A stretch of DNA of 26,522 nucleotides, taken from the IMG/VR virus record IMGVR_UViG_3300031519_000183, positions 1 to 26,522 of that record; one strand, written 5' to 3'. The position numbers were made by a program, and so were the translations under genes. This document shows, piece by piece, positions 1-7,132 of this stretch (within the stretch, counting starts at the first letter, position 1; each line of letters opens with the position of its first letter). The stretch is from a virus. Its lineage: Duplodnaviria > Caudoviricetes. The notes below the pieces were generated by a model, which did not search any database, was not told the origin of the DNA, and was given only the letters and a program-made list of their open reading frames with translations.

Positions 1-211
1 TTAAACGCTTACATTTGCCCTGAGCGACCTCTGTGAGCTTGTCTGCGATAAGTCGGTGGTGCTCACCCTCAATAAACCCATCCCAGATGTATCTGACGTA
101 CTCCATGAAGGATTCTTGGCACTTGCCCTGGGACTCCAGCATCGTAAGCCTATCCCTGAGCAATAGGATCTCTTTCATGTCCGACTCGGGAATATGGGAC
201 AAAGTGCTCAG
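1..211 (-). CDS. terL: Terminase large subunit, N-terminal part (runs off left edge)
   Basis: Not in ORF track. Manual translation: LSTLSHIPESDMKEILLLRDRLTMLESQGKCQESFMEYVRYIWDGFIEGEHHRLIADKLTEVAQGKCKRL. F..YV..IW..FIEG.HH..IA..L..V..G..KRL is the typical TerL N-terminus before the Walker A (PPRH.KS). Start uncertain: CTG 211, TTG 202 or ATG 178; in-frame stop at 218-220. Confidence 0.85.
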   Translation of the reverse strand, partial: MSTLSHIPESDMKEILLLRDRLTMLESQGKCQESFMEYVRYIWDGFIEGEHHRLIADKLTEVAQGKCKRL

Positions 212-415
212 AATGGTTTACCGACAGGATTGTATGCGTGAAATGATATTATATATATATATGTAATATCACAACACAAAAGGGGGGGTCGGGGTCGGCA
301 AAAAAAAGATCTCAAAAAAACGCCAGTCGGTCCCTAGGGAACCTAGTAAAATTCTAGGGCATTGATTGCCTCGGGAATACCCAAGTCAAGAGATAAGACT
401 GTTAATCAGGATGAT

Positions 416-594
416 GTTAGTGAGTACTAACTAACCTAATCATTCGATGCCTGCCTTTTTTTACAATGTCAAGTGTTATTGTTTAGATTCATTGTTAAAT
501 CAGTATTGTACTTTCATTGTTAATATGATTAAGATAGCTCTATCTTATCACTTGAGACAAAACGAGAGAGATAAGTAAGTAAGTACTAACTGAC
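416..594. promoter_or_regulatory. Pair of 20-bp imperfect palindromes (candidate operators)
   Basis: GTTAGTGAGTACTAACTAAC (416-435) and GTAAGTAAGTACTAACTGAC (575-594), 17/20 identical, both centred on AGTACT, flanking the putative early promoter. Confidence 0.55.
506..535 (+). promoter_or_regulatory. Putative sigma70 early promoter
   Basis: TTGTAC (506-511)-N18-TAAGAT (530-535) in AT-rich DNA upstream of the first + strand gene; overlapped by direct repeat TTCATTGTTAA (488-498, 513-523). Confidence 0.45.
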
Positions 595-614
595 TAACTA
601 ACGGAGTTAAGAGT

Positions 615-914
615 ATGAGTAAGAGAGAGTTTGCGAAGTACATAGCGGCAAAGCGTAGACTAGCAAGTGCGCAGAACAAAGCCGACAGGCTAACGGTCAA
701 GACAGCTGAAGGCGGTATGCGGGATGCGGTCCGGCCTTCGTTGATAGTGAATGCTGCAGGTGTAGCATTCCGCGACATACCGAACGGCGTGATCAATTGC
801 GTGACAGTAGATCGAAAGCTTAAGTTTAGATTCGATCATTTTGATGGCGAGGTGTCATGGAGAGAACCAAGCACCAAGCCACCTACTGGATCATTCGTTA
901 TCGCAATCAAGTAA
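615..914 (+). CDS. Hypothetical early protein (basic, 99 aa)
   Basis: ATG with GGAG RBS at 603-606; followed directly by the repeated intergenic hairpin. Confidence 0.7.
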   Translation: MSKREFAKYIAAKRRLASAQNKADRLTVKTAEGGMRDAVRPSLIVNAAGVAFRDIPNGVINCVTVDRKLKFRFDHFDGEVSWREPSTKPPTGSFVIAIK

Positions 915-940
915 ACCAATCGGGGGGAATAATCCCCCCA
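912..940 (+). repeat. Intergenic hairpin repeat, copy 1
   Basis: TAAACCAATCGGGGGGAATAATCCCCCCA; stem GGGGGGA/TCCCCCC; 27/29 identical to 1230-1258. Confidence 0.85.
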
Positions 941-959
941 TAACCAAAAGGAAAGCACC

Positions 960-1232
960 ATGGATAAGTATAGAGTACATTTAGAAGCATCGGGATTAGA
1001 TTCAGACCACACCTATAAGGCTGCGAGTAGGCTGGGAGATATGCACGAACTATTCAGCCAGTTGTCAGATGCCAATCGCTGGGTCTTACAACAATTATGG
1101 GGGGAGAAATTCATAAGACAGTTGGAGCGATACGGAAAGGAAACTGGCAAACAGTCTACGCTGATTATTGATCCTTCCGACTACGCAGAAGTTAAATCGC
1201 TGGGTCAAGAGCTGGCCGCGGACTACAACTAA
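960..1232 (+). CDS. Hypothetical early protein (90 aa)
   Basis: ATG with AAAAGGAA RBS; bounded on both sides by the hairpin repeat. Confidence 0.75.
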   Translation: MDKYRVHLEASGLDSDHTYKAASRLGDMHELFSQLSDANRWVLQQLWGEKFIRQLERYGKETGKQSTLIIDPSDYAEVKSLGQELAADYN

Positions 1233-1258
1233 ACCAATCGGGGGGAGCAATCCCCCCA
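1230..1258 (+). repeat. Intergenic hairpin repeat, copy 2
   Basis: TAAACCAATCGGGGGGAGCAATCCCCCCA; GCAA (GNRA) loop. Confidence 0.85.
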
Positions 1259-1285
1259 AACCTAAAACGAAAAGGGAGTAGAAGA

Positions 1286-1516
1286 ATGAGCGATATACAT
1301 TGCCAACATTGCGGAGAACCATGGGACCACTACTATCTACACGAAGTAGGTGATCACGGCATGGATTACAAAACGGCCGGCCGATCATTCGCAATTAATG
1401 GTTGCGGGTTTCGCGACAATACTAAATGCGATGCCGGCATGGTCGATCCTGATTCCGCCGCTCAATCAATATCATTACAGGAATTATCACCACATCCAGA
1501 GGAATGGATCATCTAA
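1286..1516 (+). CDS. Small Cys-rich hypothetical protein
   Basis: GGGAG RBS; CQHCGEPWD motif plus two further Cys; followed by a terminator. Confidence 0.75.
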   Translation: MSDIHCQHCGEPWDHYYLHEVGDHGMDYKTAGRSFAINGCGFRDNTKCDAGMVDPDSAAQSISLQELSPHPEEWII

Positions 1517-1530
1517 CTAATCGGGAACTA

Positions 1531-1558
1531 GGGGGGAGCGAGAGCTCCCCTTTTTTTT
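1531..1558 (+). terminator. Rho-independent terminator
   Basis: GGGGAGC-GAGA-GCTCCCC followed by T8. Confidence 0.9.
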
Positions 1559-1599
1559 GCCTAGAATTTATGGTCCTGGCGCGTCGCGCCTGGCGTGAG

Positions 1600-1710
1600 A
1601 GCTCTATGCTGGACCTATCGCATAAGGCCGCAAGTAATAATGCGCAAGGCCGCAAGCTCTATGCTATCGCGTGAGGCCGCAAGCTCTACGCATTCGCGCA
1701 AGGCCGCAAG
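1600..1710 (+). repeat. Cluster of AGGCCGCAAG direct repeats
   Basis: Exact copies at 1625, 1647, 1674 and 1701, with AGCTCTA(T/C)GC at 1600, 1655 and 1682; further exact copies at 2899, 2972 and 3092. Confidence 0.85.
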
Positions 1711-1863
1711 TAAAACAGCAAACAAAATACATTGCGCCTTGTATGCGCGGGAAAATGGGATATCAATCACAATTTACCTACAATTAAAACCTTTTCTTTT
1801 CTTATGTTTAATTGATACAATTAGGAACTACAATGCAATACACCCATAAAAGGAAGCAACATC

Positions 1864-2586
1864 ATGAAGTTATTAGATACAGGCACCGCAAACACCAAGA
1901 TAAAGAAAACAGAATTGAATGCATCCATAAAGGAGGCTGTGAGAATAGCGAGTCTATCGCTTATGCCAGATAGCATACTCTGCCCATGGTCCATTGCTGC
2001 TGGATGCAATGAACTATGTTTGCAATCATCTGGACGCGGTCGCTTTGACAATGTCGCGCAAGGTCGCCAGCGTAAAACGGATTACTTTCACAATGATACG
2101 CAAGCTTTTCTCTCTCAGTTAATACGCGAACTAAAAAACTTCGAGAAGCTTTGCATTAAAACAAACGTCAAGCCAATAGTCAGACTCAATGTTATAAGCG
2201 ACATCCAGTGGGAGCGCCATGGTATCCCCCAACTATTTCCGAACATTACATTCTACGATTACACCAAGATCGCGCAGCGAATAGGTAAAACACCATCGAA
2301 TTATAATCTTATGTTCAGCTTTTCAGGCGCACCCAAGTACCAAACGCAAGTAAAACGCGCACTGAAAACTGACGCACCCATAAGTGTAGTGTTCACTCGC
2401 ATACCAACAGACCCAAGCTATCGCTTCATGGGTCGCCGCGTCATTGATGGTGATCAATCCGATCTAATCAATCTGAATGCTGGCAAGGTAATCATCGGCT
2501 TGAAATACAAGAGATCGAAAGCCGATAAATCTACCGTCGAAAAATCCGATTTCGTAATCAATCCCGACATCATCGCGGCCGCATAG
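1864..2586 (+). CDS. Gp88-like phage protein (putative Fe-S, radical-SAM-related)
   Basis: CPW...GC...CL..SGRG, VRLNVISDI.WE, FYDYTK, DGD.SDL and IIGLKYK motifs typical of the phage 'gene product 88' family; AAAAGGAA RBS. Confidence 0.85.
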   Translation: MKLLDTGTANTKIKKTELNASIKEAVRIASLSLMPDSILCPWSIAAGCNELCLQSSGRGRFDNVAQGRQRKTDYFHNDTQAFLSQLIRELKNFEKLCIKTNVKPIVRLNVISDIQWERHGIPQLFPNITFYDYTKIAQRIGKTPSNYNLMFSFSGAPKYQTQVKRALKTDAPISVVFTRIPTDPSYRFMGRRVIDGDQSDLINLNAGKVIIGLKYKRSKADKSTVEKSDFVINPDIIAAA

Positions 2587-2622
2587 GTCGCATCACCCCC
2601 CCCCAAAAAAGGAATGCACACC

Positions 2623-2892
2623 ATGACACAGAAAAAAGCAGCACCTAAACCAGAACAATCACCACGCGCAAGATGGGAATGGACAGCCCGCAACATGCTA
2701 GTAGGCAAGACCATCGCAGCCGTGCGGTATATGACAGAAGAGGAGGCCGCAGATTCTGACTTCTATAGCAGCCCTATCGTGATCATTTTCGACGATGGCA
2801 GTTACATATTCCCAATGCGTGACGATGAAGGAAACGATGCCGGAGCACTCGCAACCAGCGATGAAGAGAACCCAACACTCCCCGTGATCTAA
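2623..2892 (+). CDS. Conserved hypothetical phage protein
   Basis: LVGKTI..VRYMT.EE and P.RDDEGND.GAL motifs; start moved to ATG 2623 to fit the AAAAAAGGAAT RBS. Confidence 0.8.
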   Translation: MTQKKAAPKPEQSPRARWEWTARNMLVGKTIAAVRYMTEEEAADSDFYSSPIVIIFDDGSYIFPMRDDEGNDAGALATSDEENPTLPVI

Positions 2893-2930
2893 CGGGGAAG
2901 GCCGCAAGCAAAACTAAAAAAGGAATCACC

Positions 2931-3668
2931 ATGGATAACAATCACATTCTAATAAGAGAGTACACAGAGCTAGGCCGCAAGTGCGCGGTCCTCAAAGTCG
3001 CAAGCTACAGCGCCACCATCAAAGATGGTACGGTTACCTTTGAATACAAGATGTCGAAGTCGGTTCTACGATTGACCGGAGGTGTAACACTAGGCCGCAA
3101 GATCAACATCGACTACCTTGAAAAGAACTTTGACTACGTCATTCGTTTTGTTGAATCGGCATTGATCAGATGGTCTGACTACGAAGAAAAAGAAGAAGGT
3201 GTTAACGATTACTTCCTACGCTTCAGACCGCTTGACCTACCCGACAACATGGAGATAGACGGATACACCTATCTCGATGCAATCCTCAACAAGAAAACTG
3301 AGATTGAAGTCAACGACATCATCACCAAGTTTGACCTCGCTCAAGAAAATTCTGGCGGTGGGTTTACGCACCTATCCTACAAGCACAATGGTGTTACTTG
3401 GTTAATCAATCCACTAAACCTTGAGCCATACTCTGATTTTGAAATGGCCACCTTCATGATCGATGCATGGATAGGCTTACGCACAGACACGCCATGCATA
3501 TTCTCCATCTACTCAATCGATGGTGACCAAGATGATGACTACTACGACATCTCATTCGGTTGCACCCCAAGCGACAGCGGCTTTCTAAAAGATGCATACA
3601 GTCTTGAGCAAGGATTGATTCACATCCGCGACAACTTCAACCTAAAGAAAAAGGAGTTCACATCATGA
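2931..3668 (+). CDS. Hypothetical protein (245 aa, acidic)
   Basis: AAAAAAGGAATCACCATG leader; ATGA coupling to the next gene. Confidence 0.75.
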   Translation: MDNNHILIREYTELGRKCAVLKVASYSATIKDGTVTFEYKMSKSVLRLTGGVTLGRKINIDYLEKNFDYVIRFVESALIRWSDYEEKEEGVNDYFLRFRPLDLPDNMEIDGYTYLDAILNKKTEIEVNDIITKFDLAQENSGGGFTHLSYKHNGVTWLINPLNLEPYSDFEMATFMIDAWIGLRTDTPCIFSIYSIDGDQDDDYYDISFGCTPSDSGFLKDAYSLEQGLIHIRDNFNLKKKEFTS

Positions 3669-3868
3669 GCAATAATAGCTACGAGATCATGGGTCAATGC
3701 GGTGTATGCAACAAAGATGTTAAGCGTGACAGCCCATACGACACCATCGAGTTCAATGACAATGCAGTTTACATCTGTCGCACATGCGCTGCCTCATACT
3801 CGCAGTCAGAGTTACATGCGAAGCTCAAGCCTGCCATGAAGAAATTAATGATGGGGATGCTGACATGA
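3665..3868 (+). CDS. Small zinc-finger-like protein
   Basis: CGVC...CRTC; AGGAG RBS; ATGA overlaps at both ends. Confidence 0.7.
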   Translation: MSNNSYEIMGQCGVCNKDVKRDSPYDTIEFNDNAVYICRTCAASYSQSELHAKLKPAMKKLMMGMLT

Positions 3869-4491
3869 GAACCCAATCACAATGGATCAAAGATTCTATC
3901 GCCAACACACGCCTCGCCTCGGAGGTGTGCGCTGGCATGGAGATCCGATCACTAAGCCAGAACAAAGTAAGCTCCAACGACACGCACCATTTCAACGCTC
4001 ACATCTATGTCGATGGCACCAAGGTCATGCGCGTAGAGAACGATGGCCGAGGTGGCAACAACTACTACACCCCACCAAAAGAAGAAGGTCGCAAGCTATA
4101 CCGCAAGGCTATCGACATTGCAGAGAACTACTGCAAGACAGAACGATGGCATGAGTACGAAGAGATCCGATCAAAAGAAGATTCAGACTTTTCTTTTTAC
4201 AAAGAGATGGATCTTGAGTTTGCTTACCTTGACATTGCTGTTGGCTCACTGATCAACGAACAGTTGACCACAAAGGAGATGGACAAAGCATTACGCAGGC
4301 ACATCCACATCATCGACAGGGATGCGAACAGCGGAAAGGGTTTACTCTATGCAACAGACAAGCGTTCAACTAAACCTCACATTGAGAATTCAAAAAAAGC
4401 CCTAAAGAAAATCGGCAAGCACTTTGATTACATCTTATTGAACACGCTTAACCCCACCACCCAACTAAAACTGTGGCTAACGGTAGCCTAA
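3865..4491 (+). CDS. Hypothetical phage protein
   Basis: Start moved to the ATGA overlap at 3865; contains F.A.IY.DG.K...VENDGRGG.N motif. Confidence 0.75.
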   Translation: MRTQSQWIKDSIANTRLASEVCAGMEIRSLSQNKVSSNDTHHFNAHIYVDGTKVMRVENDGRGGNNYYTPPKEEGRKLYRKAIDIAENYCKTERWHEYEEIRSKEDSDFSFYKEMDLEFAYLDIAVGSLINEQLTTKEMDKALRRHIHIIDRDANSGKGLLYATDKRSTKPHIENSKKALKKIGKHFDYILLNTLNPTTQLKLWLTVA

Positions 4492-4515
4492 TCTAATCTT
4501 AAAAAAGGAATCACA

Positions 4516-5358
4516 ATGTGGATACTTCCAAGGAACTTAAATCTAACAGACCCCTCAACGTCATTAGCTTTTGTAGCGGATACGGTGGCATCGAAAGAGG
4601 ACTTGACCTTGCTGGCACCAACCATCGAGTCCTCGCTTATGTGGAGATCGAAGCCTACGCCATTACGAACTTGGTCAACAAGATGGAATCGGGTCAACTG
4701 GATCCCGCACCTATTTACACGGATCTTAAAACCTTCCCAGCACATCTCTTTCGAGACTGCGTTGACCTCATCACTGGAGGCTACCCGTGCCAACCATTTA
4801 GCGCAGCGGGAAGGCGCAAGGGAGAAGAAGATCCCCGACACCTCTGGCCCTACATCAGAGAACATATCAACGCAATTAGACCTACTCAATGCTTCTTTGA
4901 AAACGTCGAAGGACACATCTCGCTTGGACTCTCCTCTGTCCTCAGCGACATGGAAGAAGATGGTTACAGTACAGCGTGGGGAATATTCAGCGCGGCTGAA
5001 GTTGGCGCACCTCATCAACGCAAGCGAGTCTACATCCTTGCCAACACCATCAGCCACCCCATACGGGAGCAACCAAGGTGGGTCGGCAGGAAGGACGGGC
5101 AAGGTGAGACACTCACTGGAATCAATGGCGAGGCACAACGTATGGCCGACACCATCAGCGAGAGATTGGAAGGACACGCCCGGCATGGCGAAGACCTCAG
5201 TGAATCACGATGGCTCAACCAGAAATCGAACAGACCAACTTGCCAGAGCCGTGTACGCATCCAAGAACACAACTGGTTGTCTGAACCCAACGTGGGTCGA
5301 GTGGTTGATGGGTGTGCCGACAGAGTGGACCGCATTAGGCTCTTGGGAAATGGAGTAG
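4516..5358 (+). CDS. Overlapping-frame methyltransferase partner (beta chain with motif IX-like segment)
   Basis: 280 codons open in the alternative frame; LPTPSA and WPTPSARDWKD repeats; C-terminal LNPTWVEWLMGVPTEWT resembles motif IX; ATG well spaced from the RBS. Confidence 0.75.
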   Translation: MWILPRNLNLTDPSTSLAFVADTVASKEDLTLLAPTIESSLMWRSKPTPLRTWSTRWNRVNWIPHLFTRILKPSQHISFETALTSSLEATRANHLAQREGAREKKIPDTSGPTSENISTQLDLLNASLKTSKDTSRLDSPLSSATWKKMVTVQRGEYSARLKLAHLINASESTSLPTPSATPYGSNQGGSAGRTGKVRHSLESMARHNVWPTPSARDWKDTPGMAKTSVNHDGSTRNRTDQLARAVYASKNTTGCLNPTWVEWLMGVPTEWTALGSWEME

Positions 5359-5405
5359 TCCCTCAGACTGCAGCGAAAGCATGGGAGGCGTTGAATGCGA
5401 GGTAA
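4518..5405 (+). CDS. DNA (cytosine-5) methyltransferase, catalytic (alpha) chain
   Basis: Motif I FCSGYGG, IV GGYPCQPFS, VI ENV, VIII HQRKRVY and X LGNGVVP present; no motif IX in this frame. GTG start. Confidence 0.92.
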   Translation: MDTSKELKSNRPLNVISFCSGYGGIERGLDLAGTNHRVLAYVEIEAYAITNLVNKMESGQLDPAPIYTDLKTFPAHLFRDCVDLITGGYPCQPFSAAGRRKGEEDPRHLWPYIREHINAIRPTQCFFENVEGHISLGLSSVLSDMEEDGYSTAWGIFSAAEVGAPHQRKRVYILANTISHPIREQPRWVGRKDGQGETLTGINGEAQRMADTISERLEGHARHGEDLSESRWLNQKSNRPTCQSRVRIQEHNWLSEPNVGRVVDGCADRVDRIRLLGNGVVPQTAAKAWEALNAR

Positions 5406-5655
5406 AGAAACCAGAGGTGGTGTGAGGTGGAACTCATCCACCCTGCACCAATCCCATAAGCCAATAGCTCGCACCTGTACTTGGTGTGGCAAACCTTTCA
5501 CTAGTGCGAACAACAAAGAGAAGGGTGACAGGTACTGCTCAGTTGGCCATCGTACTGCCATGCATAAGTTAAAGACATCCATCCTTAACAAGCGCAGGGT
5601 CACCAAGAAAACTCGCAAGCGCCATTCATTCAGACCGGAGGTGTGGAGGGCATAG
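5395..5655 (+). CDS. Basic zinc-finger-like protein
   Basis: CTWCGKPF...RYCSVGH and a Lys/Arg-rich tail. Confidence 0.65.
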   Translation: MRGKETRGGVRWNSSTLHQSHKPIARTCTWCGKPFTSANNKEKGDRYCSVGHRTAMHKLKTSILNKRRVTKKTRKRHSFRPEVWRA

Positions 5656-5666
5656 CGCCCTCATCT

Positions 5667-5909
5667 CTATTGATTGTATGCCTCGCTGTACTTGATCATT
5701 ACATCATCCTCGATATGAAGCAGCTTACCGTCTTCTGTGATTTGCCTGTCCATCCACTCAATATTTTTCATTAGCTTGACCTCCATGGGATGCCCTATTT
5801 TTCTTTCATAGCTTGCTGCAGACCTCACTGCCATCTTATGAGAAAGGTAATAGCCATCAATCAACTTTGTCTCAGTGTCCTCAATAATAAAAACTTCTCG
5901 ATCACTCAT
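5667..5909 (-). CDS. Hypothetical protein
   Basis: ATG overlaps the terS stop; converges on the early block. Confidence 0.65.
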   Translation of the reverse strand: MSDREVFIIEDTETKLIDGYYLSHKMAVRSAASYERKIGHPMEVKLMKNIEWMDRQITEDGKLLHIEDDVMIKYSEAYNQ

Positions 5910-6546
5910 CTTTATCTACCTCCTCATCATCATTATCATCCCAACCCTCATCCTCATCCTCGACATCCACATCCTCCTCCACATCCTCATACTCACCATC
6001 ATCCACCTCTTCCTCCTCGATCTCTCCCTCGACAACTACTGCATCTGTCTGTACCAACTCATGCTTATCAATTAGATTTCTGAGCCTAGCCTCTACCTCA
6101 CCTCTATCCATCTGGTCAATAGTCCCCGTTTTGATTTCCTTCTTATCAATCATCAATCCTGCAAGCTTGGCCCTCCCCATCTCTGCTTGGACTGCAGGAC
6201 CATACGCACCATCCTCCAACGCTGCATCCCTAATCATCTGAAGATCCCTCGATACCTTATCAAAAGTGATACCGTACTTGAGTTGCTTGGACTCTGTTAG
6301 CTCCGCGATCCTATCCTGCACATGACTGAACTGCACACCATGTAGCATGGTCGAGGCAGCTACGCTTGGACTTTTATATCCAGCCCTGAGAGCACACTCC
6401 TTCTTGGTCAGGTCGTGGTAGACAAAAAACTGCACGAACTTCTCCTGCTTCTCAGACAATCGCTTCTTCCTGGATAAACCTCTCTTCGCAAATTCCTCTG
6501 GATGCATCAGCATATTTTGATTTTTATTCTCACTCACATCACTCAT
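5902..6546 (-). CDS. terS: Terminase small subunit
   Basis: N-terminal HTH LSEKQEKFVQ...CALRAGY.S....AS, then AV.AE..RAKLAGL..DKKEI; AGGAG RBS; Asp/Glu-rich tail. Confidence 0.85.
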   Translation of the reverse strand: MSDVSENKNQNMLMHPEEFAKRGLSRKKRLSEKQEKFVQFFVYHDLTKKECALRAGYKSPSVAASTMLHGVQFSHVQDRIAELTESKQLKYGITFDKVSRDLQMIRDAALEDGAYGPAVQAEMGRAKLAGLMIDKKEIKTGTIDQMDRGEVEARLRNLIDKHELVQTDAVVVEGEIEEEEVDDGEYEDVEEDVDVEDEDEGWDDNDDEEVDKDE

Positions 6547-6614
6547 TTAAAATCTCCTAATTTAACTTTCGCTTTCTTTTTTTTCCCTTCCCACCCTAGA
6601 GGAGTGTGGTAGAG

Positions 6615-6826
6615 ATTATGTATATATATATCTCTCCCTTTAGGGATGCACCATGTGCACCTATGCACCTACCCGTTTTTACTGGGCTGTAGAGGACGGT
6701 GCAACGCTTGCAAGGCGGTGCAACGCTGCACCTACTGCACCTACCCCTAAACCCTTGATATTGTTGAACTTTATTTTTCAAAAGGGGGGTAGGCGCAAAA
6801 TTTATTTCGGCCCCGATTGCACCTAC
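6615..6826. repeat. TGCACC(TAC) iteron-like cluster, candidate replication origin
   Basis: Direct copies at 6647, 6656, 6664, 6727, 6736 and 6818; inverted GGTGCA at 6698 and 6717 (inside duplicated CGGTGCAACGCT); variant GTAGGCGCA at 6789; adjacent (TA)n tract. Confidence 0.7.
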
Positions 6827-6840
6827 CTCCGCCCTCGAAA

Positions 6841-7059
6841 TCACTTTAACTTTCCGCCGTAAGATAAATCCGCGACACTCTGATCTTCATAAAAAGCTAC
6901 GCAGATTGTGTTGAATTTTTCGTACCAAACCTCCTGTCGTATGCTCTCCTCGACGGCCATGCACTGCCTCATATCATCATACGATGAGTGCTCTAACCAC
7001 GTTCCCCATCCTGTCATCAGGTACATTGTCACCACGCTTGCGATCATACCCTCACCCAT
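6841..7059 (-). CDS. Hypothetical protein
   Basis: 72-aa ORF co-oriented with the block; hydrophobic N-terminus and two Cys; start may be 7047. Confidence 0.6.
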   Translation of the reverse strand: MGEGMIASVVTMYLMTGWGTWLEHSSYDDMRQCMAVEESIRQEVWYEKFNTICVAFYEDQSVADLSYGGKLK

Positions 7060-7117
7060 TTATCACCCATCCTACTATCTCCTTCATCATTACTCTGGAC
7101 ATCACCTGTTATAGTTG

Positions 7118-7126
7118 TGCTAAGAT
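7118..7126 (+). promoter_or_regulatory. Extended -10 promoter for the candidate sRNA
   Basis: TG-C-TAAGAT ending 6 nt before the first stem; TGGACA at 7096-7101 (19-nt spacer). Confidence 0.5.
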
Positions 7127-7132
7127 AATCTC

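Noticed and set aside
33-266. + strand 77-aa ORF
   Set aside because: Antisense shadow of the terL 5' end.
912-1710. Possible CRISPR array from hairpin or decamer repeats
   Set aside because: Hairpin repeats are separated by a whole gene; decamers are too short with 12-17 bp self-similar spacers.
1595-1849. 84-aa ORF with RKAAS repeats
   Set aside because: Translation of the AGGCCGCAAG repeats; no RBS; lies just after a terminator.
4488-5186. Third long ORF (232 aa, - strand) over the MTase
   Set aside because: No motif or RBS; stop depletion is plausible as a by-product of dual coding on +.
4516-5405. MTase as a frameshifted pseudogene or sequencing error
   Set aside because: Both frames are open end to end and motif X is in the same frame as motif I.
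5790-6083. His/Pro-rich and Ile/Leu-rich + strand ORFs
   Set aside because: Antisense reading of the GAR/GAY-rich TerS tail.
6596-6862. ORFs across the TGCACC array
   Set aside because: Peptide content mirrors the DNA repeats; more likely non-coding, though not excluded.
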